Source: Escherichia coli
GTDB lineage: Bacteria; Pseudomonadota; Gammaproteobacteria; Enterobacterales; Enterobacteriaceae
Reading direction: 5' to 3' (one strand)
Length of the DNA: 64,000 bases
Assembly (NCBI RefSeq): GCF_041886205.1
Contig: NZ_CP169030.1
In this document: piece after piece, positions 33,096 through 43,828 of the stretch
Layout: every line of letters starts with the position of its first letter
Numbering within the stretch: position 1 is the first letter of the stretch
Notes under the pieces: model-generated
The model's database searches: none
Told to the model about the DNA's origin: nothing
The model's input: the letters and a program-made list of their open reading frames with translations, nothing else
Position numbers and translations under genes: made by a program

Positions 33096-33611
33096 TTAAT
33101 TAATACGTGGTTTTCCCCACGCAGACGGTTTAATAACAAAAAACACGCTGGATGGCTGATGATAAACATCCTGGTTATCAATATAAGGCGCTATCCATAA
33201 TGCTGCCGTCTGCTCACCCGTTCTTAGCGGACGAGGAGGTGTTACCGGCGTAACTGAACTGACCGGAACAACCGTTTTCACTTCCCGGGCAGCGGTAAAC
33301 AGCGGGCGAGGTGCCAGCAGTTTCTGCTCCGGATGTGCTGTCACCGCAGGTCTGCTGCCGGACGGAGTGGTCGCGGTGACGGTCTGCACCGGCATTGTCC
33401 GGAAGTTCCCTTCAGCCAGGCGCGGCAGTGATGCCGCAACCGGCTTTGCTTCTGAGGACCGCTCCAGTTTTTTGGCCTTCTCATTGGCCTGCTCCATCGT
33501 CATACAGGTATCGGATGTGGTGGCGTTACACTCAAATTCCGTACTGGTTCCGGCACAGCCGTAAAGTAATAAGGTCCCCAGCAGAGGAATAAAGAAAGAA
33601 ATCTGTTTCAT
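33096..33611 (-). CDS. traV: TraV outer-membrane lipoprotein
   Basis: Lipobox LLYGC; 171 aa. Confidence 0.93.
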   Translation of the reverse strand: MKQISFFIPLLGTLLLYGCAGTSTEFECNATTSDTCMTMEQANEKAKKLERSSEAKPVAASLPRLAEGNFRTMPVQTVTATTPSGSRPAVTAHPEQKLLAPRPLFTAAREVKTVVPVSSVTPVTPPRPLRTGEQTAALWIAPYIDNQDVYHQPSSVFFVIKPSAWGKPRIN

Positions 33612-33859
33612 TGTCCCTCACCTTTCTCATCGCAGTTCACAAAATCCTTCTTCAAATCCCTGACCGTACAGGTTTTTACAATGTCAGGATTTTCAAAAAC
33701 CGTACTCCGTGATGATTTATAAACATATGCCACAATGCGTTTCCCACCCGCATCAGGTTCTGGTGCACTGACTTCACATAACGGAGGTGTTATTCCGGAC
33801 TCATACAGCACCGGATAATTTATTTTTTTGACGCTGCCATCAGAAACCAGCTTATTCAT
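33608..33859 (-). CDS. trbG: TrbG
   Basis: 83 aa, F order. Confidence 0.8.
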   Translation of the reverse strand: MNKLVSDGSVKKINYPVLYESGITPPLCEVSAPEPDAGGKRIVAYVYKSSRSTVFENPDIVKTCTVRDLKKDFVNCDEKGEGQ

Positions 33860-33870
33860 CGAAGGGTTCC

Positions 33871-34068
33871 TTATATTTCTGAATTCTTCATCACACCGAC
33901 AGCAGTCATATTAAAATTGTCCGGCAATGACTCAGAACCGAATTTCTCCGGTGCAGGAAGTACGATTCTTGTGGCGCAGTTACTGAGAACAGCATGCATA
34001 AAATCATCTGACACGGTTTTACCCGGCACAGAGAGGGCTGTAATAACATTAATATTACGCATGTTCAT
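33871..34068 (-). CDS. trbD: TrbD
   Basis: 65 aa from MNMRNINV; F order. Confidence 0.75.
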   Translation of the reverse strand: MNMRNINVITALSVPGKTVSDDFMHAVLSNCATRIVLPAPEKFGSESLPDNFNMTAVGVMKNSEI

Positions 34069-34645
34069 TTTTATCTCCGTTGTTTCTGTTTGTTCTGTCA
34101 TCAGGAAGATAAACAGGGCATTTCCTGATTTTTCCCGGCAGGGAAGCGTCTTCCGTATAAACTTCCTTCAGATGTTCATCTGCGGTTACCACCCGGATAC
34201 ATTTCATTTTTCCGGGTCGCACCGGATATTTCCCGGTGATCGCTGCCAGCGAGACATACATCAGTGCCAGTGTTGCCCATAATGCGGTGACCAGTTGCAT
34301 CAGTGACCGGTCAGTCTCCCTGACATAATCTGCAGCATCAGCCGCGCGGTAATGGCAGATACCCTGTATTTCTGATCTGCCTGAAGAATCAGAGGAAGAA
34401 AACCAGCATTCACTGACCGGGAACTGTCCGGCAGGTGCTGTTTGTCTTACGAAGTTAATCTCCTTAACCAGTAATTTCCCCGGCGTGGTGTTGTCCTTCC
34501 ATAAAACAAACAGAGCCATCAGGGCCATTGTGGCCAGTGGCAGAATGACGGTGTACTTCAGACACCAGAACAGTCCTCGCAGAACCCGGGCGACAACATA
34601 CCGGGCGGCATGGCACGCCTGACGGGACGACATATTATTTGCCAT
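34055..34645 (-). CDS. traP: TraP
   Basis: 196 aa, F order. Confidence 0.88.
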   Translation of the reverse strand: MANNMSSRQACHAARYVVARVLRGLFWCLKYTVILPLATMALMALFVLWKDNTTPGKLLVKEINFVRQTAPAGQFPVSECWFSSSDSSGRSEIQGICHYRAADAADYVRETDRSLMQLVTALWATLALMYVSLAAITGKYPVRPGKMKCIRVVTADEHLKEVYTEDASLPGKIRKCPVYLPDDRTNRNNGDKNEHA

Positions 34646-36062
34646 CGTTGCCCCCTCCCTGGCTGCCGGACATAAACTGCTGCGGATTCAGGTTGCCCAG
34701 CTGCTTCAGCATCTGGTCAGTATTAAAGCCGTTAAGATGACTTTCAGCCGATGGCGGAACAGGAACCGGACTTTCCGGATTGTCTTCTTCCGCTCTGCTC
34801 TGCGTGCGTTCCAGCGCCATCTCTTCCACGGTTTTCAGCTGGAAGCCGTCCTGGAACACCACGGTCACTTCGTTGCCCGCACCAATCGGTATCACCGGGT
34901 GATACTGTTCGGCACGTTTGATGTAGTAGTCACTGAGCGTCTGTGCGGCTTTCGATGCGCCGCCACCGATACCCATTTTCAGGACATCACCAGCCCCGTA
35001 AGCGGCTGTGGCACCCAGCCCGACAGCCGGCTGGGAGGCGCGCTCCATTCCCTGACCGATACCGTCAACAAATCCCGCGCCCCATGCCCAGCCGAGGATT
35101 TTGCCGTTACGCATCACCACTTCGCCCTTGATACCGTTTTTACCCCGGAAGCTGACATGCCCCTTAATCGGCATATCAATAGTTTTGCCGTCCTTCAGGC
35201 AACTGATATTGCGGGTGCGTACAATGGCACGCTCACTGGACACATCCCCCCAGGCTTCCAGACCCACAAAACATCCCGTTGCGTCATACGTCTTGCTGTT
35301 CGGCATTTCCACCAGGCCGGTGATACGCAGCTGCATCGGCACCGTGGATTCATTACCGGTGACAGAGGCATTGGCATCCGCCCCTTCAATCAGCATGGCT
35401 TTCGCAAAACTTCCTGACGGAATGTACGGCAGTGATGGTCCCTGTTTTCCCTCATTACGGGTAAACACCTTACGCTGTATCCGGTTAGGCACCGGCACAG
35501 ACTGGTACGTCACCTGTGGTGGTGGCGTGACACCATTCCCGGGATAAAACGCCGTCGGCGGTGGAACAGCAACGCTGCCCTGCGGCGGGAAGGATACGGG
35601 GGTGTTTCCTGGCTGTGGTTCGCCTTCCGGGCCGGGCGGTGAGGCAGGCATCTGCGGTACAGGCTCACCGGTCGCCGTGACGGGATTAGCACCCAGGGCT
35701 TTTACCTGCTCTGCCAGGGCGGCATTGTCCTGTCCCAACTTTTCAATACGACGCTGGTCATCACCGCGCTGTTTGTTCAGAACATCCAGCTCACGACGGA
35801 TTTCCTCATACTGCTTCTGCATCTGCGCTGCCGTCACCTGCATCTCGGTGGTGGCATGCTGACGCACCTTGTCATCAAAGGTCGTATCCACCACACCGGT
35901 CATATCCGGCACAGGCTCCTGTTCAGCCACGGTTTCACCGTTACCGGACATGTCCACATCAGACAGATACAGTGCCCCACCAATCGCGGAGGCTGTACCG
36001 ACAACCACAATCCCCAGCCACAGGTACTGCTTGCGTTTCACAATGGTATTGATACTGGCCAT
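34635..36062 (-). CDS. traB: TraB (VirB10-like)
   Basis: 475 aa, Pro-rich linker. Confidence 0.95.
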   Translation of the reverse strand: MASINTIVKRKQYLWLGIVVVGTASAIGGALYLSDVDMSGNGETVAEQEPVPDMTGVVDTTFDDKVRQHATTEMQVTAAQMQKQYEEIRRELDVLNKQRGDDQRRIEKLGQDNAALAEQVKALGANPVTATGEPVPQMPASPPGPEGEPQPGNTPVSFPPQGSVAVPPPTAFYPGNGVTPPPQVTYQSVPVPNRIQRKVFTRNEGKQGPSLPYIPSGSFAKAMLIEGADANASVTGNESTVPMQLRITGLVEMPNSKTYDATGCFVGLEAWGDVSSERAIVRTRNISCLKDGKTIDMPIKGHVSFRGKNGIKGEVVMRNGKILGWAWGAGFVDGIGQGMERASQPAVGLGATAAYGAGDVLKMGIGGGASKAAQTLSDYYIKRAEQYHPVIPIGAGNEVTVVFQDGFQLKTVEEMALERTQSRAEEDNPESPVPVPPSAESHLNGFNTDQMLKQLGNLNPQQFMSGSQGGGNDGK

Positions 36063-36790
36063 CAGTTGCCCTCCCCGTCACGGATGACATACACATCCAT
36101 GCGCGCACCTGCCAGTAACTGGCTGGCAGGCTGGCTGAACATCACGGCACGGGTTCCCGGCTGCCAGAAGTCACTTTCCCGGATATTCAGGGCAGACAGC
36201 GTTTTATTTTCCACGGCAAAGCGGACCATCTTCAGGTGATTCCCCGTCCATACGGCATCTGCCACTGAAGACAGCCCCGCCGGGGCCTGCAGGGTTTCCT
36301 TTGTCACTGGGACCTGATACCAGCCTGCGGGTAATTTTCCGCCACGGACGGCCTGGCTGATGGTTACAAGCAGGGATTCGTAAGGCGTGGACGTTTCCCA
36401 CGCACCGGCTTCTTCTCCGGTTCCGCGCAGGTCACTGACCAGCTGAATGGTACGCCCCGCGCCTTCACGGGGAACGGCCTGAATGGAAAGATTCAGACCA
36501 CGTTCTGTTTCCAGAATGAACGTAAAGGGCTTTTTGTTGACGGTGGCAACCACCACACCGCCGGAGGCGGTCTGCTCATTATTGGTCAGGGCACCATCCA
36601 GACTGTTCACGGCGATAATCCGGTCACCGGGAACGGTAAACAGATTCGGGCTGGTATTGCTGATGGCAATACTGGCCTGACCACCGTTCACCATTGGCAC
36701 CACGGTGGGGGCCAGCGTACCGTTTGCGGCCATCACGCTGCAGGAAAAAAACAGGCTGCCGAATATTATTGCCGTATTATTTTTTCTCAT
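36062..36790 (-). CDS. traK: TraK (VirB9-like secretin-like)
   Basis: 242 aa with signal peptide. Confidence 0.95.
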   Translation of the reverse strand: MRKNNTAIIFGSLFFSCSVMAANGTLAPTVVPMVNGGQASIAISNTSPNLFTVPGDRIIAVNSLDGALTNNEQTASGGVVVATVNKKPFTFILETERGLNLSIQAVPREGAGRTIQLVSDLRGTGEEAGAWETSTPYESLLVTISQAVRGGKLPAGWYQVPVTKETLQAPAGLSSVADAVWTGNHLKMVRFAVENKTLSALNIRESDFWQPGTRAVMFSQPASQLLAGARMDVYVIRDGEGN

Positions 36791-37343
36791 CGTCTGTTTC
36801 CCCGAAATTATCCAGCCAGGTCACCCCGTTTTCCCGCTTCAGAATAAGGATGTAATGTTTGATATCAGTGAAAGGTTTTGAATCACCAATCCAGGTTTTA
36901 AGCACACCTCGAATTTCCACACGGCCATACTGAGGCCAGACACGAACACTGGTCTGGAAAAAGGCTGAGTTCACGTTATCGTTTTTAATACGCTTCGCTT
37001 CTTCAGCCAGAATAACTTTCATCTGGTTCTGTGCGCCCGGGCGGATATATTGCAGAAGCGCCTGATGTGAGGCATCGACGGTTTCTGATGAAACATTCAG
37101 ACGGAGGGCAATAAATGACAGCGCCATCTGCTGTAAATAAGAGGCGTCGGCACTGTTCTGTGACACGGCAAAGGGGGCATTAAATGCCATTGGCGTCACG
37201 GCAGTGCGTTGCTCATTCTGAAGACGGTAGTTATTCACCCCCTGAATGACGTTAACAGAGAGGCTGAGAACAATAAGCACTGACATAAATATAAAGGCGA
37301 TGGCCATTACACGACTGGTACTTAAACGGGCACCGTGTTCCAT
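36777..37343 (-). CDS. traE: TraE
   Basis: 188 aa. Confidence 0.95.
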   Translation of the reverse strand: MEHGARLSTSRVMAIAFIFMSVLIVLSLSVNVIQGVNNYRLQNEQRTAVTPMAFNAPFAVSQNSADASYLQQMALSFIALRLNVSSETVDASHQALLQYIRPGAQNQMKVILAEEAKRIKNDNVNSAFFQTSVRVWPQYGRVEIRGVLKTWIGDSKPFTDIKHYILILKRENGVTWLDNFGETDDEKK

Positions 37344-37364
37344 ATAACAATCCTGGTATCAGTT

Positions 37365-37676
37365 CTATTTAATCCACTGCCGGAAACACGAATCGGGAAC
37401 ATTATGAAAAATACCGCGCAGCAGGGCTGTTGGCATATACCAGTAAATCAGGTCACGTAACCAGGAACTGCCCCGCCCTTTTTTCAGTTTTTTAATCCCG
37501 AAATAAACCAGAACCGCTGCACCAATACCGAACAGATATTTCGATGTTGTGATACCCCAGCCAATACAGATTGCTGCGGGGATCAGTTCATCCAGTGGCA
37601 GGCCAAACCAGCGGCTCTGGTTGGTCAGTGTTTCCGGGAAACGATATTTCTTAAGTTTATTCTCGTCTCCCGACAT
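37365..37676 (-). CDS. traL: TraL
   Basis: 103 aa. Confidence 0.9.
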
Positions 37677-37690
37677 CGTTTTATTTCCTG

Positions 37691-38056
37691 TCAGAGGCCA
37701 ACGACGGCCATACCCACAGCAATAAATACAGAGATGATGGCAAAACCGGCCAGGAACTTGACGTTTTTGGTCATCATGTACATGACAGCACCGACCAGAA
37801 CTTCAGCCAGAACAACCCATTTAACAACACTGGAGTCCTTACCGAAGGTCGCCTTAACCGTGGTGTTACCGCTTGCCATCAGGTCCTGACCACTGCTGCC
37901 GGCGGCCATCGCCAGCTGCGGGAAGAACATCATCAGAACAGCAGCCGGGATCACTGCGCGAGCCAGGCGAAGCATATTCAGACGAGTGAATTTGGAAAAA
38001 AACGACTTCTTTTTGACGGGCGCAGAAGCACCCTGAACACTTAAAACAGCATTCAT
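37691..38056 (-). CDS. traA: TraA propilin (F-pilin)
   Basis: 121 aa; mature pilin begins [29 protein letters not shown]. Confidence 0.97.
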
Positions 38057-38088
38057 AAGTTACCTCAATTTCGGATAAATGAATAAAA

Positions 38089-38490
38089 CTAGAGTGTATT
38101 AAATGTTATATCTTCCTCTTTATCTGCCTCCCTGAATATCTCCGAGTTATAAAAATCAGGAAACTTGATCAAATGATCAATAACTCTGTCTGCAGCCTCA
38201 TCTGTTTTACACCATCCACTACGATTTTTGGCTGCAATAAGTAGCTGGTTAGTTTCATCATCCAGACGCATTGTCAGATACTTAACCAGCGACTTACCAT
38301 AGATATTCCCTGCCCTGTTAAACTTTGGATAGCGGTGAAGATGATCTTTAAGTCTTATTACTGCCTCAAACGATCGACTTCTTCCGCTTCTGTTACTTGC
38401 CTCAATTAATAGACTTTCCACATCTACAGGTAATTTTAGTTTTACCATCTTACCTGTTGCAGAACGTGTACCAAATCTTTTCAATAACAC
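38089..38490 (-). CDS. traY: TraY (ribbon-helix-helix oriT-binding protein)
   Basis: F TraY sequence …RFGTRSATGKMVKLKLPVDVESLL…. Confidence 0.92.
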   Translation of the reverse strand: MLLKRFGTRSATGKMVKLKLPVDVESLLIEASNRSGRSRSFEAVIRLKDHLHRYPKFNRAGNIYGKSLVKYLTMRLDDETNQLLIAAKNRSGWCKTDEAADRVIDHLIKFPDFYNSEIFREADKEEDITFNTL

Positions 38491-38582
38491 CTCCCGCTGT
38501 TTATCTTCTGGTTACCACTTATGTTTGCAGAATAATCATAAAAGGTAAATAGACGGAAAGTCTATATTTTATTAACACCTTA

Positions 38583-39272
38583 TTAACGCGTATTTATGAT
38601 ACACATAGCCTTCTCGTATAAATAATAAATAAACTTTTTATTGTAGAGTAAGATAATTAACTCATCTTTATTAGAAACAGAGAAGTAGTCGCATATCAGA
38701 GATGCGTGTTTCTTTGATGTGGAGATGGATATATTTAATATTCTTGCTATAGCATTATGACTGATTCCGGTGCTATATAAGTAAAAGACATCATTTACAT
38801 ATGATGATACAGAAGAATCATCACTCATTCTTCTGATTATATTTCTGATATCATCACTGACAATCGTTTTTTGATTATAACTGTCTTTATGACGAACATG
38901 AGCAGCATCATAAAATTGCCACAGAATAATATTTCTGTGTCCATTAAGAAATGACTGGACAGATATTGTCCAGAATCTATTCTGAATAAAAACATCCTCT
39001 ACAAGATTAAGATGCGTATGCTCATTCCTATATGCTTCCATCTCTGTGACAGAGATCAATTCACAAAAATCTCTCTGCGACAGAAGCCATTTTTCAGCAC
39101 TTTGATCTTGTGTAAGAAATGACTCATGAAACAGCGTATTGCAAAAAATAAATTTTCCAGTTTCGTCCCTGATACAGGCTGGATTTGGATAATCCTGAAT
39201 AACTGCCGTCAGATTTTCCAGCAGATCTATTTGACGAGCATGTTTTTGTTGAATACGATCCATCGGATACAT
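38583..39272 (-). CDS. traJ: TraJ transfer activator
   Basis: 229 aa from MYPMDRIQQKHARQ; low-GC as in F. Confidence 0.93.
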   Translation of the reverse strand: MYPMDRIQQKHARQIDLLENLTAVIQDYPNPACIRDETGKFIFCNTLFHESFLTQDQSAEKWLLSQRDFCELISVTEMEAYRNEHTHLNLVEDVFIQNRFWTISVQSFLNGHRNIILWQFYDAAHVRHKDSYNQKTIVSDDIRNIIRRMSDDSSVSSYVNDVFYLYSTGISHNAIARILNISISTSKKHASLICDYFSVSNKDELIILLYNKKFIYYLYEKAMCIINTR

Positions 39273-39340
39273 AGGAACCTCCTCACAAAGGATTCTATGG
39301 ACAGTCGATGCAGGGAGTTCACGTCTCCCTGCATCGGCGA
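39262..39340 (+). ncRNA. finP: FinP antisense RNA (ends approximate)
   Basis: Antisense to traJ RBS; stem-loop GATGCAGGGAG…CTCCCTGCATC followed by GGCGATTTT. Confidence 0.6.
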
Positions 39341-39458
39341 TTTTCAATTTCAAATTTTAACGTGGCATTAACCACGTAATTAATATACTAATTATCTTTC
39401 GTACTGTCACCTTTTTAAATCATAAAAACTCTGATATTTGAACGAAGTCAAATTTCGT

Positions 39459-39842
39459 TTATTCATCATCATTTTTTGGAAAAAATCGTTCCATCTCAGA
39501 TGATACCTTCTCCCTGATATCTTCAACCATATTGGCATATTCAAACTTTGGATTTCCGGAGACATGAGGACTGAGAGACTCAATACCCAAAATTTTCGCT
39601 ACTGATGATTGTGTTTTTACAACGCATTCAAGAAGCAATTTATTAAACTCAGTCTGATTAAATGCAGACTCTTTACGCTCCATCTGAGCCTCATGTACAC
39701 GAAGCCCCAGTTCAAGAAGCATTGAAGCTGTTGCTGAAAAACTGACATCTTTTTCCCTTGCCCCTTCCTGTCGACGCTTCTCAATAATCGCATTTATTTT
39801 TTCATAGGCATCATTGCTGATATACAGGTTCACCTTAGCCAT
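39459..39842 (-). CDS. traM: TraM relaxosome accessory protein
   Basis: 127 aa, F TraM sequence. Confidence 0.95.
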   Translation of the reverse strand: MAKVNLYISNDAYEKINAIIEKRRQEGAREKDVSFSATASMLLELGLRVHEAQMERKESAFNQTEFNKLLLECVVKTQSSVAKILGIESLSPHVSGNPKFEYANMVEDIREKVSSEMERFFPKNDDE

Positions 39843-39849
39843 TAGAGAT

Positions 39850-40250
39850 TACCTTTTTTGAACATAAAATAAAGTTAATTTCGAAACACTAAAATTCATA
39901 ATGCAAACAGGGACGCACCGCTAGCAGCGCCCCTAGCGGTATCCTATAAAAAAACACACCGCGCCGCTAGCAGCACCCCTAATATAAAATAATGTTTTTT
40001 ATAAAAATAGTCAGTACCACCCCTACAAAACGGTGTCGGCGCGTTGTTGTAGCCGCGCCGACACCGCTTTTTTAAATATCATAAAGAGAGTAAGAGAAAC
40101 TAATTTTTCATAACACTCTATTTATAAAGAAAAATCAGCAAAAACTTGTTTTTGCGTGGGGTGTGGTGCTTTTGGTGGTGAGAACCATCAACCTGTTGAG
40201 CCTTTTTGTGGAGTGGGTTAAATTATTTCCTGATGACGTCACCAGAGGTG
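39850..40250. other. oriT: oriT, with F-type nic motif TTTGCGTGGGGTGT|GGTGCTTTTGGTGGTGAG (nic about 40164/40165) and TraM/IHF/TraY binding-region repeats
   Basis: Nic-site consensus of F; imperfect repeats GCACCGCTAGCAGCGCCCC at about 39915-39980; perfect 12-bp IR at 40036-40069. Confidence 0.85.
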
Positions 40251-40255
40251 AGAAA

Positions 40256-40765
40256 ATGAGAAAATGGCTTCTAACGATCTGCCTGATGTTTATAAATGTG
40301 ACCTGCAAGGCTGGTGATTGCTTTGATCTTGCAGGTCGGGATTACAAAATAGACCCTGACTTGCTGAGAGCGATATCATGGAAAGAATCCCGTTACCGGG
40401 TTAATGCCATTGGTATTAATCCGGTAACGGGATATGGCAGCGGATTGATGCAGGTAGACTCCCAGCATTTTAACGAACTGGCCCGCTACGGCATTAAACC
40501 GGAACATCTGACAACAGATCCCTGCATGAACATTTATACCGGTGCTTATTATCTGGCTATAGCCTTTAAAAAATGGGGCGTCTCCTGGGAGGCCGTTGGT
40601 GCATACAACGCAGGATTCAGGAAAACCGAACGCCAGAACCAGCGGCGTCTTGCCTATGCATCAGATGTTTACCGGATTTACAGCGGGATAAAAAACAGTA
40701 AGGGGATCCAGCTTCGTGCATCTGAAAAACCGCTTTCAAAAATGAACAGCTCGCAGAAGAATTAA
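40256..40765 (+). CDS. Orf169 / gene X lytic transglycosylase (P19/IagB family)
   Basis: 169 aa, signal peptide, SLT catalytic motif …AISWKESRY…. Confidence 0.9.
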   Translation: MRKWLLTICLMFINVTCKAGDCFDLAGRDYKIDPDLLRAISWKESRYRVNAIGINPVTGYGSGLMQVDSQHFNELARYGIKPEHLTTDPCMNIYTGAYYLAIAFKKWGVSWEAVGAYNAGFRKTERQNQRRLAYASDVYRIYSGIKNSKGIQLRASEKPLSKMNSSQKN

Positions 40766-41022
40766 TTTGATATACATTTTAAAAAACCGGTTATGCCGCA
40801 AACGCGGCATGGAAGGCCACACACAAAAATATCATATGAGTGATAATGCTGACTGGCCGAAGCCCCGCAAAGCGGGAACCCATCTTATATATATCCGGTA
40901 ACTGCGCAGCCTCCTGCCAGACCATTTTTCGCGGGCACAATATTTACAGACTACCGAAAAGCCAGTTGATGAAATTGAGGCATCTCAGACGACATATCAA
41001 TGCCGCATAATGATAATATAAG

Positions 41023-41050
41023 TAAAGCCCCGAAAATTTTTCGGGGCTTT
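41023..41050. terminator. Bidirectional rho-independent terminator AAAGCCCCGAAAATTTTTCGGGGCTTT
   Basis: Perfect hairpin flanked by A-run and T-run between convergent genes. Confidence 0.7.
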
Positions 41051-41060
41051 ACTTATATTA

Positions 41061-41882
41061 TCATGACTTCCACTCCCTGAACTGTTCGGCAATCATCCAT
41101 AATGCTTTGTTGATTCGGATATCACCATCAATACCCGTAATGGCTCTTGTCCTGGTATTTTTACCGGAGGCACTTCGCCCCGACAGTCCACCTTTTATCA
41201 TATTCTCCTGAACCCGCTGCCAGGTTGTCCAGAGATCGTTCTGTTTATCCTCCCAACGACGGGGAGTAATTATTTGTTCAGGCGTCACTGGTGTTTTATT
41301 TTCATCTTCATACCTGACCATCAATGCAGCTCTGCCAAATAAATGTTGCTCGTCACTGTTAAGATGTATTTCTTTCATCGCCTCCATATTATCAGTAACC
41401 TTATCAAAGACACCGAGCACTTCATACGCACCCTCGATAACCTGCCCGACAATATCACCTTTATGTGGAACGCGGATTTCGCCAAAATTATTTCCGCACA
41501 CCAGACCATTTGTGCAGACAAAACGAAAAATTCCGGGGATCATCTGATAACTGGATGAACCATCATGTGAATTAAGCAGGATAATTTCAGGAACTTCTTT
41601 CCCGTTAATATTCCCTTCCCTGCGAAGACGTAACATATGTTTACTGTATTCGCGGCGTCCCAAATCGCGAACCCGACTCTGACAGGCAAAGAACGGCTGG
41701 AAACCTTCATCACGTAACTTATTGATGATATTAATGGTTGGAATATATGTATAACGCTCACTCCGGGATTCATGTTTATCACCGGAAAAGACAGACGGCA
41801 CAAACTGCATTAATTCATCATCCGTTAAAGGACGCTCACGGCGAATGGAATTATACCGACCAAAACGGGAAGCTAATCGCAT
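41061..41882 (-). CDS. Orf273, conserved leading-region protein (DUF932-like), function unknown
   Basis: 273 aa, matches the recalled size and position of F orf273. Confidence 0.75.
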   Translation of the reverse strand: MRLASRFGRYNSIRRERPLTDDELMQFVPSVFSGDKHESRSERYTYIPTINIINKLRDEGFQPFFACQSRVRDLGRREYSKHMLRLRREGNINGKEVPEIILLNSHDGSSSYQMIPGIFRFVCTNGLVCGNNFGEIRVPHKGDIVGQVIEGAYEVLGVFDKVTDNMEAMKEIHLNSDEQHLFGRAALMVRYEDENKTPVTPEQIITPRRWEDKQNDLWTTWQRVQENMIKGGLSGRSASGKNTRTRAITGIDGDIRINKALWMIAEQFREWKS

Positions 41883-41992
41883 AACAGTAACTCCTTTATG
41901 AAGGTATAAAATTAATAAAAATTTTTTCGCGTAATATCATCCTCCCTCGGTTATCATTAACAATAAGATAACAATTCCGAGGGAAAGGACCA

Positions 41993-42289
41993 TCAAATCA
42001 GGTCAGTTCGGGACTGACCAACCTGCCGGGTGAAAAGCAGTAACAGCGCGATCAGCTCATCAGCGTTTTTTCTGACAAGAGGGGTATGATTCTCCAGGCT
42101 ATCCAGTAAGTCATGCAGCTCATTATTGACCTGGTGGAGCACCTTAAAAAGCGCCCCTGAATCCTGGTTGCTCTGATAGGCGAGACTGGCCTTAACAGCG
42201 TTATTCTGCATGATCCCGATTTGTGCGATTGCGTCTTTCTGCTGATCGCCTGTTGGCTGATAAGTGGTGTTAAAAGAAAATGCGCTCAT
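41993..42289 (-). CDS. Conserved leading-region small protein (orf95-like), function unknown; first gene after repeat A
   Basis: 98 aa; SD AGGAG; paralog of 43829-44074 (shared GDQQKDAIxQIxIMQ motif). Confidence 0.7.
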   Translation of the reverse strand: MSAFSFNTTYQPTGDQQKDAIAQIGIMQNNAVKASLAYQSNQDSGALFKVLHQVNNELHDLLDSLENHTPLVRKNADELIALLLLFTRQVGQSRTDLI

Positions 42290-42309
42290 GTTTCATTCTC
42301 CTGTGTCTG

Positions 42310-43030
42310 ATGTTTTCAGCCCCCATCATCTGTTGAGTTTCGGGAGCCGCGGTTTTGACGTTTTGCGGGGACCTGCTCTTTGCTCCCTCCGGTATTCACC
42401 ATCACCTGTTTGAGAACCTTCGCCGCATGGGGCATCACTGCCACGGCCGGAAACGACTGTCCGGGGGCAGACCGCAAAAGTTTTTGCCTGCTTTTGGGCA
42501 AAAAGTTTTGCGGGATGTGCATTTCACCCCTGGACTGGCGGAGACGGTTGTGGCTGTCTATGCCCCCGGCGACAGGGGCTTAAACAGGTGAATCGCACCG
42601 GACAGAACAACGGGCAGGGACCCGCCGCAACGACGTGAAGCGCGGTTTGCGAAACGGCGTTGCTCCTTACATCCCGGCGTCTTTTTGCCGGGATGCCGGG
42701 AGCGCAGGTCACGGCGCGACAAGGGTGGCGCGACCGTTCCGGTCGCTGAAAACCCGGGTTTTTGCGTCAGGGATGGAAGCCGCCAGGGCGGAGACAGCTC
42801 CGCTGGCTCCGTTCACGACAGCCCGCCCCGCCAGGGGGACGCCCGGAAAAGGCACTGCCAGGAGAACAACAAAACAGAGAGTAATCAGAGCAGCAGAAAA
42901 AAGAAGAACAGTAGCAGGAACCGCAACATCATCAGTAACAGACAAATGACAGGTCTGAAAAGACAGAAGCCCACAGCAGAACGTCCGCGTAATGAAAGGG
43001 GCGGCGCGTCAGCGCGGCCTTTTTTACCAG
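42310..43030 (-). repeat. Leading-region structured repeat copy A (candidate ssDNA promoter, Frpo/ssi-like)
   Basis: One of four direct copies; extensive dyad symmetry; abuts RBS of 41993-42289. Confidence 0.6.
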
Positions 43031-43066
43031 CACTGACACCGTGTGCCAGTGCAGCCTCTGGCGACG

Positions 43067-43381
43067 CTACAGCGCTGCCAGTTCATTCAGGATATGGGGG
43101 TTTCGCTCAACCATTTTCATCAGCAGGATGGCTTGTTTATTAGGTTTAGCCAGTCCCTGCTCCCAGTTCTGCAGGGTAGTGACGCCGGTATGTAAATACT
43201 GTGCGAAAACAGCCTGTGATAGCTTCAATTTTTCGCGTACCGCTTTCACCTCATCGGGCGTCATAGTGACGGGTTTTGCGCTGACCTTGTGTGTTCTCAA
43301 AGTTTTTTTGCCAGCATTAAACTCTCCCCACGCAGCCATGCCTTCCTGCAATTCGCTAAAAATATCACGATCTTTCATCAA
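43067..43381 (-). CDS. HigA-like HTH (XRE-family) antitoxin
   Basis: 104 aa with C-terminal HTH; 4-nt overlap (ATGA) with upstream toxin gene. Confidence 0.75.
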   Translation of the reverse strand: MMKDRDIFSELQEGMAAWGEFNAGKKTLRTHKVSAKPVTMTPDEVKAVREKLKLSQAVFAQYLHTGVTTLQNWEQGLAKPNKQAILLMKMVERNPHILNELAAL

Positions 43382-43716
43382 CGCCCCCTTCGTCTGGCCT
43401 GTTCAAGCATTTCGCGTAAAATATCGCGCTGTGCTTTCGTCAAATCATCTTTCTGGTCTTTGTCATACAGGGTGAACAACAGAAAGTGGGATTTTTCCAG
43501 ATACCAGTAGTAAATCACTCTGATGCCGCCGCGTTTCCCCTTGTTACGCCTTGCATCCCCAAACCGTACCTTGCGCAATCCCCCGGTATGCTGGATAACA
43601 TCACCGCATAACGGATTTTTCAGCAACATCTGCTGAAACTCCCGAAACTCATCATCCGTGAAATATTCAGCACGATGCCGCTCGAACGGCGGCAACTCGA
43701 CAAATAGTGCTTCCAT
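43378..43716 (-). CDS. HigB/RelE-superfamily toxin (addiction-module killer protein)
   Basis: 112 aa with …KGKRGGIRVIYYW…LLFTLYDKDQKDDLT… motif typical of HigB-like toxins; toxin-first gene order. Confidence 0.75.
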   Translation of the reverse strand: MEALFVELPPFERHRAEYFTDDEFREFQQMLLKNPLCGDVIQHTGGLRKVRFGDARRNKGKRGGIRVIYYWYLEKSHFLLFTLYDKDQKDDLTKAQRDILREMLEQARRRGR

Positions 43717-43828
43717 AACACCTCACAAAATCCCCTTTACTTGGGGATATTATACCCCCCAACATGGGGACTCTTCAATTGAGTTCAGACAAAACCTCCT
43801 GCTTTAGCAAGCGTTTCATAGTGCCCAA

